From NCBI GenBank assembly GCA_965202655.1, contig CBDBBK010000002.1, positions 658,528 to 722,527 of the forward strand: a stretch of DNA of 64,000 nt, read 5' to 3'. The position numbers and the translations under genes are program-made. Below the pieces are notes generated by a model. That model was not told the DNA's origin. It did not search any database and was given only the letters and a program-made list of their open reading frames with translations. How positions within the stretch are numbered: the stretch's first letter is position 1; each line of letters opens with the position of its first letter. Positions 1 through 10,890 of this stretch are shown here, piece by piece. This DNA comes from Vicinamibacterales bacterium. Its GTDB lineage: Bacteria; Acidobacteriota; Vicinamibacteria; Vicinamibacterales; UBA8438.

Positions 1-1190
1 GAGATGGCGCCATAGGCGAGGACGCCGATGAGCTGCGTGACGAACGAGTGGTCCGGATTGACGCTGAAGAGCCCGACCGCCAGGGTGCCCCAGATGCCGC
101 AGACCAGGTGGACGGAGATGGCGCCGACCGGATCGTCCAGTTGTGCGCGGTCGATCATGATGACCGAGGCGACGACTATGAATCCGGCGACTAGGCCGAT
201 GACCATCGCCGCGTTGACGCTGACGGTGTCGGCGCCCGCCGTGATGCCGACCAGGCCGGCGAGCGATCCGTTCAGCACCATGGACAGGTCCGGCTTGTGC
301 TGGACCGACCACGAGCCGATCATCGCGCCGATCACACCGGCCGCCGCCGCGAGCGCGGTGGTGACGAACACCAGCGATACGAGTCCGGGATCGGCGCTCA
401 GCACCGAGCCGCCGTTGAACCCGAACCAGCCGAGCCAGAGCAGGAAGACCCCGATGGTGGCAAGCGGCATGCTGTGGCCCGCAATCGGTCTGACCCTGCC
501 ATTGAGGTACTTGCCGAGCCGCGGACCGAGCACGATGACGCCGGCCAACGCGCCCCAGCCGCCCACCGAATGGACCAGCGTGGAGCCGGCGAAGTCGTAG
601 AAGCCCATCTGATCGAGCCAGCCGCCGCCCCACTTCCAGGAACCGGCGATGGGATAGATGATCGCGACGTAGATGGTCGTGAAGACCAGGAAGGAACCGA
701 GCTTGATGCGCTCGGCCACGGCGCCCGAGACGATGGTGGCCGCGGTGGCGGCGAACATCGCCTGGAAGATGAAGTCGGTCCAGTAGGTATAGCCGGGGTT
801 GTAGGCGCTGGTGATGCCTTCGGCGCCCGCGTCGATGCCGAAGCCGGCGAACCCGAAGAACTGCCCGATCGAGAAATCGCCCGGGTACATCAGGTTGAAG
901 CCGACGAAGGCGTAGGTCAGCAACCCGATCGCGATGACACCGGTGTTCTTGAACAGGATGTTGACGGTGTTCTTGGCCTGCGTCAGTCCCGACTCCAGGC
1001 AGGCGAAGCCGAGGTGCATGATGAACACCAGGAAGGTGGCGACCAGCATCCAGGTGTTGTTGACGGCGAACATTTCGTCCGTGACGTCATCCTGCGCGAA
1101 CGCTGCCACGGGCGCGAGCACCACGAGGAGCAGCGCCGGCAGGGCGAGACGGCTGAAACGGACGAGTGAGTGGCGAACTGCGTGTGTCAT
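1..1190 (-). CDS. amtB: ammonium transporter, Amt family (3' end runs off the window start)
   Basis: Hand translation of the minus strand from ATG at 1190 gives MTHAVRHSLVRFSRLALPALLLVVLAPVAAFAQDD...NNTWMLVATFLVFIMHLGFACLESGLTQAKNTVNILFKN, and later DFAGSTLVHSVGGWGALAG. These are Amt/MEP hallmarks. It is absent from the ORF track because no stop lies in the window. It sits 34 nt downstream of glnK. Confidence 0.88.
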   Translation of the reverse strand, partial: MTHAVRHSLVRFSRLALPALLLVVLAPVAAFAQDDVTDEMFAVNNTWMLVATFLVFIMHLGFACLESGLTQAKNTVNILFKNTGVIAIGLLTYAFVGFNLMYPGDFSIGQFFGFAGFGIDAGAEGITSAYNPGYTYWTDFIFQAMFAATAATIVSGAVAERIKLGSFLVFTTIYVAIIYPIAGSWKWGGGWLDQMGFYDFAGSTLVHSVGGWGALAGVIVLGPRLGKYLNGRVRPIAGHSMPLATIGVFLLWLGWFGFNGGSVLSADPGLVSLVFVTTALAAAAGVIGAMIGSWSVQHKPDLSMVLNGSLAGLVGITAGADTVSVNAAMVIGLVAGFIVVASVIMIDRAQLDDPVGAISVHLVCGIWGTLAVGLFSVNPDHSFVTQLIGVLAYGAI

Positions 1191-1224
1191 GAGTGGTTTC
1201 CTGCTCTTGATCGTGGAGTGGCTC

Positions 1225-1650
<426 letters not shown>

Positions 1651-1670
1651 CTAACGTCGCCCTAAGTGCA

Positions 1671-1686
1671 AGCAAGAACCGTGCCA
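1671..1686 (-). promoter_or_regulatory. sigma-54 (-24/-12) promoter candidate for glnK-amtB
   Basis: The minus strand reads TGGCACGGTTCTTGCT. GG and GC are separated by exactly 10 nt, matching the TGGCAC-N5-TTGCW consensus. It lies about 108 nt upstream of the glnK ATG. Confidence 0.75.
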
Positions 1687-1808
1687 ACTGTGCCCGCCAG
1701 CGGTTTCCCGAATGACGGCAGAGTGCGGCCCGCAGACCCAGGGGCAAAAAACAGACGGGGAGAGGTGTCGGACGGGGGAATCGGGCGGGAGGCTGGGAAA
1801 CCGAAGGC

Positions 1809-1850
1809 TACATTTATGTATGAATTATACGCAGAAGTTACATTTAGGTA
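1809..1850. promoter_or_regulatory. pair of TACA-N4-TGTA-like sites (candidate upstream activator/operator sites)
   Basis: TACATTTATGTA (1809-1820) and TACATTTAGGTA (1839-1850) sit 30 bp apart centre to centre. They lie in an unusually AT-rich stretch 125-165 bp upstream of the sigma-54 promoter. Confidence 0.45.
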
Positions 1851-1998
1851 GAGTGAGTCCATCCGCCCATCTTGTCGGGAAGCCTCGCGGGACCCTCCGG
1901 TGGCTGAAGATGGCCTGATCAGGCGGTTTCTGCTGTGTCCTGGGGGGTGCAGGGTGCGGGCGCGCATCCGGAGGGGCCGTCCCGCAGAGGCAAGAATC

Positions 1999-2041
1999 TA
2001 CAATATTGTCTAGGAACTGAATCAGAGAATACAAAAATGTA
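1999..2041. promoter_or_regulatory. second pair of TACA-N4-TGTA-like sites
   Basis: TACAATATTGTC (1999-2010) and TACAAAAATGTA (2030-2041) are 31 bp apart. Same 12-bp dyad architecture as the sites at 1809-1850. AT-rich stretch just beyond the stop of the activator gene. Confidence 0.4.
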
Positions 2042-2052
2042 GTCTCATTATC

Positions 2053-3600
2053 CTACCGAAAACGTCGACAGTCGATCCCGTATTTCTTCACCTTGTAGTT
2101 GACGATTCGCTCGGTGGAATCGAGCAGTCTGGCTGCTCTGACGCGATTCCCGCGGGTGGTCTTGAGGGCGTCCTGCAGCAGGTCCTTTTCGTAGGCGCTT
2201 ACTGCATCGGCGAGCGAAACCCGCGTCACCGTGCCGGAGGCTTCCGCCGTCTGGAGACTGGGGGGCAGATGGTGCGCGTAGATGACGCTGCCGTCACACA
2301 CCAGGGTAGCCCGCTCGATGGTGTTCTCCAGCTCGCGCACGTTCCCCGGCCAGTGGTACGCCATCAGCATGTCGATGGCGGGCGTGGAAATCCGCTTCAC
2401 CTCCTTCCGATGCTCCACCGAGTACTTCTCGATGAAGCTGTCGGTCAGGAGCTGGATGTCGGTTTTCCGTTCCCGCAGCGGCGGCACGAATATGGTGAAG
2501 ACATCGAGCCGGTAGTGGAGATCCTCGCGGAACGTGCCGCTGGCGATCGCCTTCTCGAGATCCGCGTTGGTGGCCGCGATCAGCCGCACGTTCGCACGGA
2601 TTGGCTCGACCCCCCCGAGCCGCTCGAACTCCTTCTCCTGCAGCACGCGGAGCAGCTTGATCTGCGTGGACAGGTTGATGTCGCCGATCTCGTCCAGGAA
2701 CAGCGTGCCGCCCTCGGCCAGTTCGAAGCGGCCCTTCTTCCGCGCCGCCGCGCCGGTGAAGGCCCCCTTTTCGTGACCGAAGAGCTCCGCCTCGATGAGC
2801 GAGTCGGGCAGCGCGGCGCAGCTCACCTTGATGAACGGCTTCTTCGCGCGGGTCGAGTTGTAGTGGATGGCGTGGGCGATCAACTCCTTGCCGGTACCGG
2901 ATTCGCCCCGGATCAACACCGTCGTATTGGTCGCCGCCACCTGCGTGATCTGTTCGTAGACCTGTCGCATCGGGCCGCTCGTCCCGATGATCTGCGCGAA
3001 GTCGTAACGCTCCTTCAGTTCCGCCTTCAGGTGGATGTTCTCGTCCAGCAGGCGCTGCCGTTCGGCCTCGGCCGCCTCCTTCAGGCGGATCGCCTGGCCG
3101 AACATGCTGGCGACCACGCGGCAGACATGCAGGTCGCGGTCGTAGTGGCGCTTCGCATCGAAAGCAAAGTCGATGTTGAGGGCGCCGATGGCTTTCGTGG
3201 CGCCCGGTATGGGGGCGCAGAGGAAGGTGATTTCGGAACGAACCCCCTTCGGCCGGCGGCCGGTCCGATGGAGGAATTCCGGTTCCTGGCTGATCTGCGG
3301 CACCACGACGGGCTGACCGGAGGCGACTACGCGTCCGGTGATCCCTTCGCCCATCTCCCACTCGGCGTGCCGCCCCTCACCCGGTACCCCCGCTGACGCC
3401 CAGACGCGCATGCGTCCGCTATCCGGGTCGGAGAGCACGACCGCGCTCCGGATGACGCCGTAGTCGTTGTCGAGAATCTCCAACGCCCGTTGCAGCCCTG
3501 CGCGGGGCGACTGCGCCATGGTCAGCGCCTGATTGATCTCCGCCAGCATCGCCAGCGGCCTGACCTCGTCAGGGAGCGACTTCAGCCTGATCTTCGGCAT
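2053..3600 (-). CDS. sigma-54-dependent transcriptional activator with N-terminal GAF domain (NifA-like architecture, no receiver domain)
   Basis: AAA+ sigma-54 interaction module (GESGTGKE Walker A, GAFTGA loop, REDLHYRL). GAF-like N-terminus. C-terminal Fis-type HTH (GNRVRAARLLDSTERIVNYKVKKYGI). The ORF track extends to 3681, but a sigma-54 promoter at 3697-3712 makes the ATG at 3600 (MPKIRLKS...) the more plausible start. Confidence 0.85.
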   Translation of the reverse strand: MPKIRLKSLPDEVRPLAMLAEINQALTMAQSPRAGLQRALEILDNDYGVIRSAVVLSDPDSGRMRVWASAGVPGEGRHAEWEMGEGITGRVVASGQPVVVPQISQEPEFLHRTGRRPKGVRSEITFLCAPIPGATKAIGALNIDFAFDAKRHYDRDLHVCRVVASMFGQAIRLKEAAEAERQRLLDENIHLKAELKERYDFAQIIGTSGPMRQVYEQITQVAATNTTVLIRGESGTGKELIAHAIHYNSTRAKKPFIKVSCAALPDSLIEAELFGHEKGAFTGAAARKKGRFELAEGGTLFLDEIGDINLSTQIKLLRVLQEKEFERLGGVEPIRANVRLIAATNADLEKAIASGTFREDLHYRLDVFTIFVPPLRERKTDIQLLTDSFIEKYSVEHRKEVKRISTPAIDMLMAYHWPGNVRELENTIERATLVCDGSVIYAHHLPPSLQTAEASGTVTRVSLADAVSAYEKDLLQDALKTTRGNRVRAARLLDSTERIVNYKVKKYGIDCRRFR

Positions 3601-3696
3601 GAAACGTAACTGTCCGGCAGGCAGGGTCGTCGTCCTGCGCCGGGAGGTCGTCGTGCGTGCGCGGCGTGTCCCGGAAGCCATACGCCCGAAGGCGCA

Positions 3697-3712
3697 TGCA
3701 AGTTTCTTGCCA
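3697..3712 (-). promoter_or_regulatory. sigma-54 (-24/-12) promoter candidate ahead of the activator gene
   Basis: The minus strand reads TGGCAAGAAACTTGCA, with GG-N10-GC spacing. It lies in the 94-bp gap between the gltD stop (3776) and the longest-ORF start of the activator. Confidence 0.65.
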
Positions 3713-3775
3713 GTTTAGGCAGCCGGTGTTCGCGCCGTCGCCCCGAGCCGGTGCGCGCCGGGCAGAGCGAGTCCT

Positions 3776-5221
3776 TCAGACCGGCGCCGGAAGGCTCGAG
3801 CTGCCCATCAGCCAGGCGTCAATCCCTCGCGCCGCGCTCCGTCCCTCGGCGATCGCCCAGACGATGAGCGACTGCCCCCTCTGCATGTCTCCCGCAGTGA
3901 AGACCGAGGGCACGGAGGTCATCCAGTTCTCGTCCCGCCAGACGTTCCCCCGCCCCGTCAGGCGCACGTCCAACTCCTCGAGCATTCCCGGCCGCTCCGG
4001 ACCCAGGAACCCCATGGCGAGCAGCACGAGGTCGACTTTCTGCTCGAACTCGGTGTCAGGCACCGGTTCGAACGACAGCCGTCCGTCCGCCCGCACCATC
4101 TCCACCTGCCGGCCATGCAGCCTCGCGACGCGGCCGTCTTCGGTTCCGGTGAACCGTTCGGTCGACACCGAGTAGACCCGGTCGCCTCCCTCTTCGTGCG
4201 CCGCCGACACCCGGAAGATGTTCGGCCACGTCGGCCAGGGGTTGTCGGACGCCCGCTCCTCCGGCGGCCGCGGCAGCAGCTCGAACTGGGAGACCGCAGC
4301 GGCTCCCTGCCGGTGTGCGGTGCCGAGGCAGTCGGCCCCGGTGTCCCCGCCGCCGATGATCACGACGTGCTTGCCGGTGGCGGTGATCGCCTCCGCGTCC
4401 GGGATCGTCTCGCCCTCGTTCCGGCGGTTCTGCTGCGTCAGGTACTCCATCGCGAAGTGAATGCCCTTCAGCTCCCGACCCGGCACCTTCAGGTCGCGCG
4501 GCCAGCCCGCGCCGCCGGCAAGCAGCAACGCGTCATTGCGGTCCCGCAGCTCCGCCGCGGAAACGTCGACGCCGACGTTCACTCCGGTCCGGAACAGCAC
4601 TCCCTCGGCTTCCATGATGTCGAGCCTCCGGTCGAGGAAGCGTTTCTCCATCTTGAACTCGGGGATCCCGTAGCGGAGCAGTCCGCCGATCCGGTCCGAC
4701 TTCTCGAATACGGTGACGGTGTGGCCGGCGCGGTTCAGTTGATCCGCCGCGGCCAGGCCGGCCGGGCCGGAGCCGATCACCGCCACCGTCTTTCCGGTGC
4801 GGATCGCCGGCGCCTGCGGTTCGACCCAGCCCTGCTCGAACGCATGTTCCACCGTGGCGAGCTCGATCGACTTGATCGTCACCGCGTCGTCGTCTATCGC
4901 CAGGACGCATGAGCCCTCGCACGGCGCGGGGCAGAGGCGGCCGGTCCATTCGGGGAAATTGTTGGTCTTGTGGAGGCGGTCGATCGCGTCACGCCACTTG
5001 CCGCGGTAGACCAGGTCGTTCCAGTCCGGGATCAGGTTGCCCAGCGGACAGCCCTGATGGCAGAAGGGAATACCGCAGTCCATGCAGCGCGCGCCCTGTG
5101 CGCGCAGCTCGGTGTCGGCGTACGGCAGGTACACCTCGTTCCAGTCGTGCACCCGCTCGGCCTTCGGCCGCCTGGGAGCCCCCTGCCGGTCGATTTCGAG
5201 AAATCCCTTCAGCTTGCCCAT
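3776..5221 (-). CDS. gltD: glutamate synthase (NADPH) small subunit
   Basis: 481 aa. N-terminal Cys clusters (CMDCGIPFCHQGCP..., CPAPCEGSC), two Rossmann motifs (VIGSGPAGL, IIGGGDTGADC), and directly downstream of gltB. Confidence 0.93.
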   Translation of the reverse strand: MGKLKGFLEIDRQGAPRRPKAERVHDWNEVYLPYADTELRAQGARCMDCGIPFCHQGCPLGNLIPDWNDLVYRGKWRDAIDRLHKTNNFPEWTGRLCPAPCEGSCVLAIDDDAVTIKSIELATVEHAFEQGWVEPQAPAIRTGKTVAVIGSGPAGLAAADQLNRAGHTVTVFEKSDRIGGLLRYGIPEFKMEKRFLDRRLDIMEAEGVLFRTGVNVGVDVSAAELRDRNDALLLAGGAGWPRDLKVPGRELKGIHFAMEYLTQQNRRNEGETIPDAEAITATGKHVVIIGGGDTGADCLGTAHRQGAAAVSQFELLPRPPEERASDNPWPTWPNIFRVSAAHEEGGDRVYSVSTERFTGTEDGRVARLHGRQVEMVRADGRLSFEPVPDTEFEQKVDLVLLAMGFLGPERPGMLEELDVRLTGRGNVWRDENWMTSVPSVFTAGDMQRGQSLIVWAIAEGRSAARGIDAWLMGSSSLPAPV

Positions 5222-5255
5222 CGGTTCCGTCCGGTTCGCGCCCTCGCCCCCGCGG

Positions 5256-8200
5256 CTACGACGCCACCCCGATCAGCTCCGCGAACTCCGGCTCGCGCGC
5301 TTCGGCCCGCGCGCGCGCCTCAGCCTGGAGAACCCGCTTGTAGTCTCGCGGCATCACCTTGACGAAGCGGGCGCGCGTCGCTTGCCAGTCCTCCAGCAGA
5401 CGGCGCGCGACCGGACTACCGGTCAGATCGGCGTGGCGCGCCAGCAGGTCCTGCACGACCGGCACGTCGTCGTCGGCCAGCGCTTCCAGATCGACCATGC
5501 CGGGATTGCACCGTGTCGCGAATCCGCCGTCGATGTCGAGCACCCAGGCGACGCCTCCGCTCATGCCGGCGGCGAAGTTCCGCCCGGTCCTGCCGAGGAC
5601 GACCACGCGACCGCCGGTCATGTACTCGCAGCCATGATCCCCGACCGCCTCGACCACCGCGTGCGCGCCGCTGTTCCGGACACAGAACCGCTCGCCGGCA
5701 ATTCCACGGAAGAAGGCCTCACCGCCGGTCGCGCCGTACAGCGCCACGTTGCCGATGATGATGTTCTTCTCGGCGACGAACGTCGACGCGGCCGGTGGCC
5801 GGACCACGAGGTGGCCGCCGGAAAGGCCCTTTCCACAGTAGTCGTTGGCGTCGCCGTCCACCGTCATCGTCACTCCGCGCGGCAGGAACGCCCCGAAGCT
5901 CTGGCCGGCGGAGCCGGTGAAGTGGATGCGAATCGTCTCGTCGGGGAGCCCCTCGGCTCCCCAGCGTTGCGTGATGCGGCAGCCGAGCATCGTGCCGACG
6001 GTCCGGTTGACGTTCCGGATGGGCAGCTCGATCTCCACCGGCGTCCGGTGCTCGATCGCCGGACGGCACCGTTCGATCAGCGTGTTGTCGAGCGCCTGGT
6101 CGAGGCCGTGGTCCTGCGGCTCGGTGCAGAACCGGCCCACCGTGGGCGGCACGTCGGGCTGATGCAGGATGGTGGAGAGATCGACTCCGCGAGCCTTCCA
6201 GTGGTCGACCGCCGACTTCATGTCGAGCCGGTCGGCGCGGCCGATCATCTCGTCCATCGTCCGGAAACCCATCTCCGCCATCAGTTCGCGCACTTCCTGG
6301 GCCACGAACCGGAAGTAGTTCTCGACGAACTCCGGCTTCCCCGAGTAGCGCTTTCGGAGCTCGGGGTTCTGCGTCGCGATGCCGACCGGGCAGGTGTCGA
6401 GGTGGCAGACGCGCATCATGATGCAGCCGGACACCACCAGCGGTGCGGTGGAGAAGCCGTACTCCTCGGCGCCGAGCAGTGCCGCGATGACGACGTCGCG
6501 TCCCGTCTTCATCTGGCCGTCCACCTGCACGACGATCCGGTCACGGAGGTCGTTGAGGGTCAGCACCTGCTGCGTCTCGGCCAGGCCCAGCTCCCACGGA
6601 ACGCCCGCATGCTTGATGCTGGTCAGGGGTGATGCGCCGGTGCCGCCGTCGTGGCCGGAGATGAGCACCACGTCCGCATGCGCCTTCGAGACGCCGGCGG
6701 CAACCGTGCCGACTCCCACCTCGGCCACGAGCTTCACGTGGACGCGCGCCTCCGGGTTCGAGTTCTTCAGGTCGTGGATCAGTTGCGCCAGATCCTCGAT
6801 GGAGTAGATGTCGTGGTGCGGCGGCGGCGAGATCAGCCCGACGCCCGGCGTCGAGTAACGCACCTTCGCGATCCAGGGGTACACCTTGAAGCCGGGCAGT
6901 TGCCCGCCCTCGCCCGGCTTCGCTCCCTGCGCCATCTTGATCTGCAGGTCGTCGGCGTTCACGAGGTACTCGCTCGTCACGCCGAACCGGCCGGACGCGA
7001 CCTGCTTGATGGCGCTCCGCCGGAGGTCGCCGTTGGCGTCGGGAACATAGCGCGCCGAATCCTCGCCGCCCTCGCCGGTATTCGACTTGCCGCCCAGCCG
7101 GTTCATCGCAATGGCGAGCGTTTCGTGCGACTCGGCGCTGATCGAGCCGTACGACATCGCACCGGTGGAGAAGCGCCGGAAGATTGCCTCGGCCGGCTCC
7201 ACCTCGTCGATCGGGATCGCCTGGCCCGCCGGTTTGAGTTCGAGCAGGCCGCGCAGCGTCGCCCGCTTCCGGTTCTGGTCGTTTACCAGCGTGGCGTACT
7301 CCCGGTAGATCCGGTCCTGGCCGCTGCGCGTCGCATGCTGCAGCTTGAACACCGTTTCCGGGTTGAACAGGTGGTACTCGCCGTCGCGCCGCCACTGGTA
7401 CTCGCCCCCGGTGTCCAGCTCGTCGTCCTCGCGGCGGCGATCCTCGAACGCCTGGGCGTGGCGGCGGATCACCTCCTCGGCCACCGTGTCGATGCCGATG
7501 CCGCCGATGCGTGACGCGGTCCACGTAAAGCAGGTGTCGACGAACGCCCGATCGAGGCCGACCGCCTCGAAGATCTGCGCGCCGCGGTAGCTCTGCAGCG
7601 CCGAGATCCCCATCTTCGACATCACCTTCAGCACGCCCTTGGTGCATGCCTTGATGTAGTTGGCGAGCGCCTGCTCCAGGTCGATGTCCTGCACCTCGCC
7701 GTCCGCGAGGAGTTCCTCGATCGTCTCGAAGACGAGATACGGGTTGATCACGGCCGCGCCGTAGCCGACGAGCAGCGCCATGTGATGGCACTCGCGCGCC
7801 TCGCCCGTCTCGACGATGAGCGAGCAGCGGGTCCGCGTGCCCTCGCGCACGAGGTGGTGATGAACGCCGGCCGTGGCGAGCAGGGCCGGTACCGGCGCGT
7901 GATTTGCGTCCACGCCGCGGTCCGACAGGATCAGCAGCGTCGCGCCGTCCGCCACCGCGGCGCTCGCCGCCTCGCGTAAATCGTCCATCGCCCGTTCGAG
8001 GCCGGCCGTGCCCTCGGCCGGGTCGAACAGCATCCGCAGCGTCACCGCGCGGAACGCGGGGTCGTCCAGCGCCCGCAGCTTCGCCAGGTCGCCGTTGGCG
8101 ATCACGGGCGCGTCGACCTTGACGTGGTGGCACGAACGCGCGCCGGGCGCGAGGAGGTTCCCTTCGGAGCCCAGGGTCGAACCCATGTCGGTTACGAGTT

Positions 8201-9857
8201 CCTCGCGAATCGCGTCGAGCGGCGGGTTCGTCACCTGCGCGAACAGTTGCTTGAAGTAGTCGTACAGCATCCGCGGCCGGTCCGAGAGGACGGCCAGGGC
8301 GGTGTCGGTCCCCATCGACCCGGTCGGCTCCACGCCCTTCTGCGCCATCGGCGCGATCAGGATGCGGAGGTCCTCCTCGGTGTATCCGAACGCCCGCTGC
8401 CGGTGGCGAACCGACGAACGGGGCGCGGGCGGGTCGGCGGGAACCGCCGGCAGGCTGTCGACGTGGATCAGTTCCCGTTCCAGCCAGTCGGCGTACGGTT
8501 GCTCGCGGGCCAGTTCCGTCTTGATCTCCTCGTCGTCGACGATGCGTCCCTGGGCCGTGTCGACCAGGAAGATCTTCCCCGGGTGAAGCCGTTCCTTCAC
8601 CAGGACGTTCTCCGGCGGGATGTCGAGCACGCCCACCTCGGACGCCATCACCACCAGGTCGTCCTTCGTCACGATGTAGCGTGACGGGCGGAGGCCGTTC
8701 CGGTCGAGGACCGCGCCGATGACCTTCCCGTCCGTGAACGCGATCGACGCCGGCCCGTCCCACGGTTCCATCAGCGAGGCGTGGTACTCGTAGAACGCCT
8801 TCCGCTCCGGGCTCATCGACTCGTGGTTGCGCCACGGCTCCGGAATCATCATCAGCACCGCGTGGGCGAGCGGGCGTCCGGTGAGCGCGAGGAACTCCAG
8901 CACGTTGTCGAACGTCGCGGTGTCGCTCTGGCCCTCCCGGATCAGGGGGAACAGCTTCTGCAGGTCGTCGTCGCCGAACGCCCCGGAGCGGCAGAGCGAC
9001 TCGCGCGCCCGCATCCAGTTGATGTTGCCGCGCAGCGTGTTGATCTCGCCGTTGTGCGCGACGTAGCGGTACGGGTGGGCCAGCGGCCACGACGGGAAGG
9101 TGTTGGTGGAGAAGCGCGAGTGGACCAGGGCCAGCGCCGTCTCCACGTCGGGATCGACGAGATCGGGGAACATCTGCTCGATCTGATCCGAGATCAGCAT
9201 CCCCTTGTAGACGATCGTGTTCGACGAGAGGCTGGCGACGTAATACAGCGCGCGCTCGCGCAGGGCGAGGGTGTCGGCGGCGTGCGCCATGCGCATCCGG
9301 ATGACGTACAGCTTCCGCTCGAAGCGGAGGTGGGCATCGGGTTCGCCGTCCAGTTCGGCGCTCCGGCCGATGAAGATCTGCCGGATTACCGGCTCGCCGC
9401 TACGCGCCGTCGCGCCGAGATGCGAGCTGTCGGTCGGCACGTCGCGCCAGCCGAGCAGCCGCTGGCCCTCCTCGGCGACGATCTCGGCGAAGCGTGTTTC
9501 CACGCGCCGCCGCTCGTCGGCGTCGCGCGGCAGGAAGATCATCCCGACGCCGTAGGCGCCCGGCTCCGGCAGGTCGATACCCGCCTCCGGCGCGGCCTTC
9601 CGGAAGAACCTGTGGGGAAGCTGCAGCAGGATGCCGGCGCCGTCGCCGGTGGTCTTCTCGCAGCCGCAGGCGCCGCGGTGGAGCAGGTTGTTCAGCACCT
9701 CGTGCGCCTGGCGGACCAGTTTGTGCGAGCGGCGGCCCTTGATGTTGACGACGAAGCCGACGCCGCACGAATCGTGCTCGGACGCCGGGTCGTACAGGCC
9801 CTGAGCTTCGGGGGGGACGCCGACAGGGGCACCGGGAGCGGAGTGTCTTTCCTGCAT
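5256..9857 (-). CDS. gltB: glutamate synthase large subunit
   Basis: 1533 aa. Ntn amidotransferase start (...[15 protein letters not shown]), FMN/3Fe-4S central domain and C-terminal GXGXG beta-helix region. A GGGAGGA Shine-Dalgarno precedes the ATG. Confidence 0.97.
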   Translation of the reverse strand: MQERHSAPGAPVGVPPEAQGLYDPASEHDSCGVGFVVNIKGRRSHKLVRQAHEVLNNLLHRGACGCEKTTGDGAGILLQLPHRFFRKAAPEAGIDLPEPGAYGVGMIFLPRDADERRRVETRFAEIVAEEGQRLLGWRDVPTDSSHLGATARSGEPVIRQIFIGRSAELDGEPDAHLRFERKLYVIRMRMAHAADTLALRERALYYVASLSSNTIVYKGMLISDQIEQMFPDLVDPDVETALALVHSRFSTNTFPSWPLAHPYRYVAHNGEINTLRGNINWMRARESLCRSGAFGDDDLQKLFPLIREGQSDTATFDNVLEFLALTGRPLAHAVLMMIPEPWRNHESMSPERKAFYEYHASLMEPWDGPASIAFTDGKVIGAVLDRNGLRPSRYIVTKDDLVVMASEVGVLDIPPENVLVKERLHPGKIFLVDTAQGRIVDDEEIKTELAREQPYADWLERELIHVDSLPAVPADPPAPRSSVRHRQRAFGYTEEDLRILIAPMAQKGVEPTGSMGTDTALAVLSDRPRMLYDYFKQLFAQVTNPPLDAIREELVTDMGSTLGSEGNLLAPGARSCHHVKVDAPVIANGDLAKLRALDDPAFRAVTLRMLFDPAEGTAGLERAMDDLREAASAAVADGATLLILSDRGVDANHAPVPALLATAGVHHHLVREGTRTRCSLIVETGEARECHHMALLVGYGAAVINPYLVFETIEELLADGEVQDIDLEQALANYIKACTKGVLKVMSKMGISALQSYRGAQIFEAVGLDRAFVDTCFTWTASRIGGIGIDTVAEEVIRRHAQAFEDRRREDDELDTGGEYQWRRDGEYHLFNPETVFKLQHATRSGQDRIYREYATLVNDQNRKRATLRGLLELKPAGQAIPIDEVEPAEAIFRRFSTGAMSYGSISAESHETLAIAMNRLGGKSNTGEGGEDSARYVPDANGDLRRSAIKQVASGRFGVTSEYLVNADDLQIKMAQGAKPGEGGQLPGFKVYPWIAKVRYSTPGVGLISPPPHHDIYSIEDLAQLIHDLKNSNPEARVHVKLVAEVGVGTVAAGVSKAHADVVLISGHDGGTGASPLTSIKHAGVPWELGLAETQQVLTLNDLRDRIVVQVDGQMKTGRDVVIAALLGAEEYGFSTAPLVVSGCIMMRVCHLDTCPVGIATQNPELRKRYSGKPEFVENYFRFVAQEVRELMAEMGFRTMDEMIGRADRLDMKSAVDHWKARGVDLSTILHQPDVPPTVGRFCTEPQDHGLDQALDNTLIERCRPAIEHRTPVEIELPIRNVNRTVGTMLGCRITQRWGAEGLPDETIRIHFTGSAGQSFGAFLPRGVTMTVDGDANDYCGKGLSGGHLVVRPPAASTFVAEKNIIIGNVALYGATGGEAFFRGIAGERFCVRNSGAHAVVEAVGDHGCEYMTGGRVVVLGRTGRNFAAGMSGGVAWVLDIDGGFATRCNPGMVDLEALADDDVPVVQDLLARHADLTGSPVARRLLEDWQATRARFVKVMPRDYKRVLQAEARARAEAREPEFAELIGVAS

Positions 9858-9871
9858 GCTGGTCCTCCCGG

Positions 9872-10798
9872 TCAGGCGGCCTGTTCGGCGCTCGCCTGTC
9901 GGAGCACCCGGATGAACTCGGTTACCGCCGGACTGAGCCGGCGGCCGCGGCGATGGACGATGCTGAGCGGCCGGACGAACGGCGCCTCGCCGTCGAGCGT
10001 ATCGAGCGGCACGGCGACCAGCGCGTGCAGCTCCACTTCGCGGCGGAGCGTCGGTTCCGGCAGGATCGCGACGCCGGCGCCATCTTCCACCGCCTGCTTG
10101 ATGTTCTCGATGTTGTCGAACTCGGCCACGATATGGACGTCCGCTTCGTTCCGCCTGAGGTAGCGGTCAAGCTCGCGCCGCACCGGAAGTCCCCGGTCGA
10201 ACGTCACGAACGCTTCGCCTGCCAGCTCCCACGGTCCGATGGCTGCATTGCGCCGGGCAAGACGGTGCGACGGCAGGCAGGTGACCATCATCGTCTGCTC
10301 CTGCCACGGCACCACCGTCAGGTCGCGTCCGGGTGCCGCGAACGCCAGCAATCCCAGGTCGTACTGGTCGCTCTGGATGCAGGTGGGGATCTCGTCGGGA
10401 TGCATGTAGTCGACGTCGACGTGCGCGCCCGGCTCCGCGGCGCGGAACCGGTCGACGTACTGGTTCAGGTCGTGCATGCCGACCGAGTAGATCGACGCCA
10501 GGCGCACCGTGTGGGCGGCCCGGCTGGTCTGTCGTTTCACCGACTCTTCGAGCTCGCGGTAGCGTTCGACGATCTCCTGGGATCCCTTGAAGAACAGCTC
10601 GCCCTCGGCCGTCAGTCGCCAGGGCCTCCGGGAACGGTCGATCAGTTGCGCGCCGATCCGCCGCTCGATTTGCCGCACGGTCTGGCTGGCCGAGGACTGC
10701 GACACCGAATTGGCGAGCGCGGCCCGCGAGAAGCTCTGATGCCGCACGACGTCGCAGTAGATACGGAGGGCCTCGATCTGCATGGGTGGAACGGACAT
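9872..10798 (-). CDS. LysR-family transcriptional regulator, first gene of the gltBD transcription unit
   Basis: Typical LysR N-terminus ([44 protein letters not shown]) plus a substrate-binding domain. Its stop is only 14 nt before the gltB ATG. The track start at 10825 is a TTG inside a palindrome. ATG at 10798 or 10783 is more plausible. Confidence 0.85.
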   Translation of the reverse strand: MSVPPMQIEALRIYCDVVRHQSFSRAALANSVSQSSASQTVRQIERRIGAQLIDRSRRPWRLTAEGELFFKGSQEIVERYRELEESVKRQTSRAAHTVRLASIYSVGMHDLNQYVDRFRAAEPGAHVDVDYMHPDEIPTCIQSDQYDLGLLAFAAPGRDLTVVPWQEQTMMVTCLPSHRLARRNAAIGPWELAGEAFVTFDRGLPVRRELDRYLRRNEADVHIVAEFDNIENIKQAVEDGAGVAILPEPTLRREVELHALVAVPLDTLDGEAPFVRPLSIVHRRGRRLSPAVTEFIRVLRQASAEQAA

Positions 10799-10815
10799 TG
10801 TAGACGCGGCATTAA

Positions 10816-10835
10816 CTGATAGCAAGCGCTATCAG
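10816..10835. promoter_or_regulatory. perfect 8-bp inverted repeat, candidate LysR operator
   Basis: CTGATAGC-AAGC-GCTATCAG, 18 bp upstream of the ATG at 10798. A third GCTAT half-site follows at 10841-10845. Confidence 0.5.
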
Positions 10836-10839
10836 TATT

Positions 10840-10855
10840 AGCTATTCTGATGCCA
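10840..10855 (-). promoter_or_regulatory. sigma-54-like -24/-12 element upstream of LysR-gltBD (weaker match)
   Basis: The minus strand reads TGGCATCAGAATAGCT. GG-N10-GC spacing is kept, but the -12 element is TAGC rather than TTGC. Confidence 0.35.
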
Positions 10856-10890
10856 GGGGCGCTCCCCCCGTGCCGTAGGCGACCATCCTC

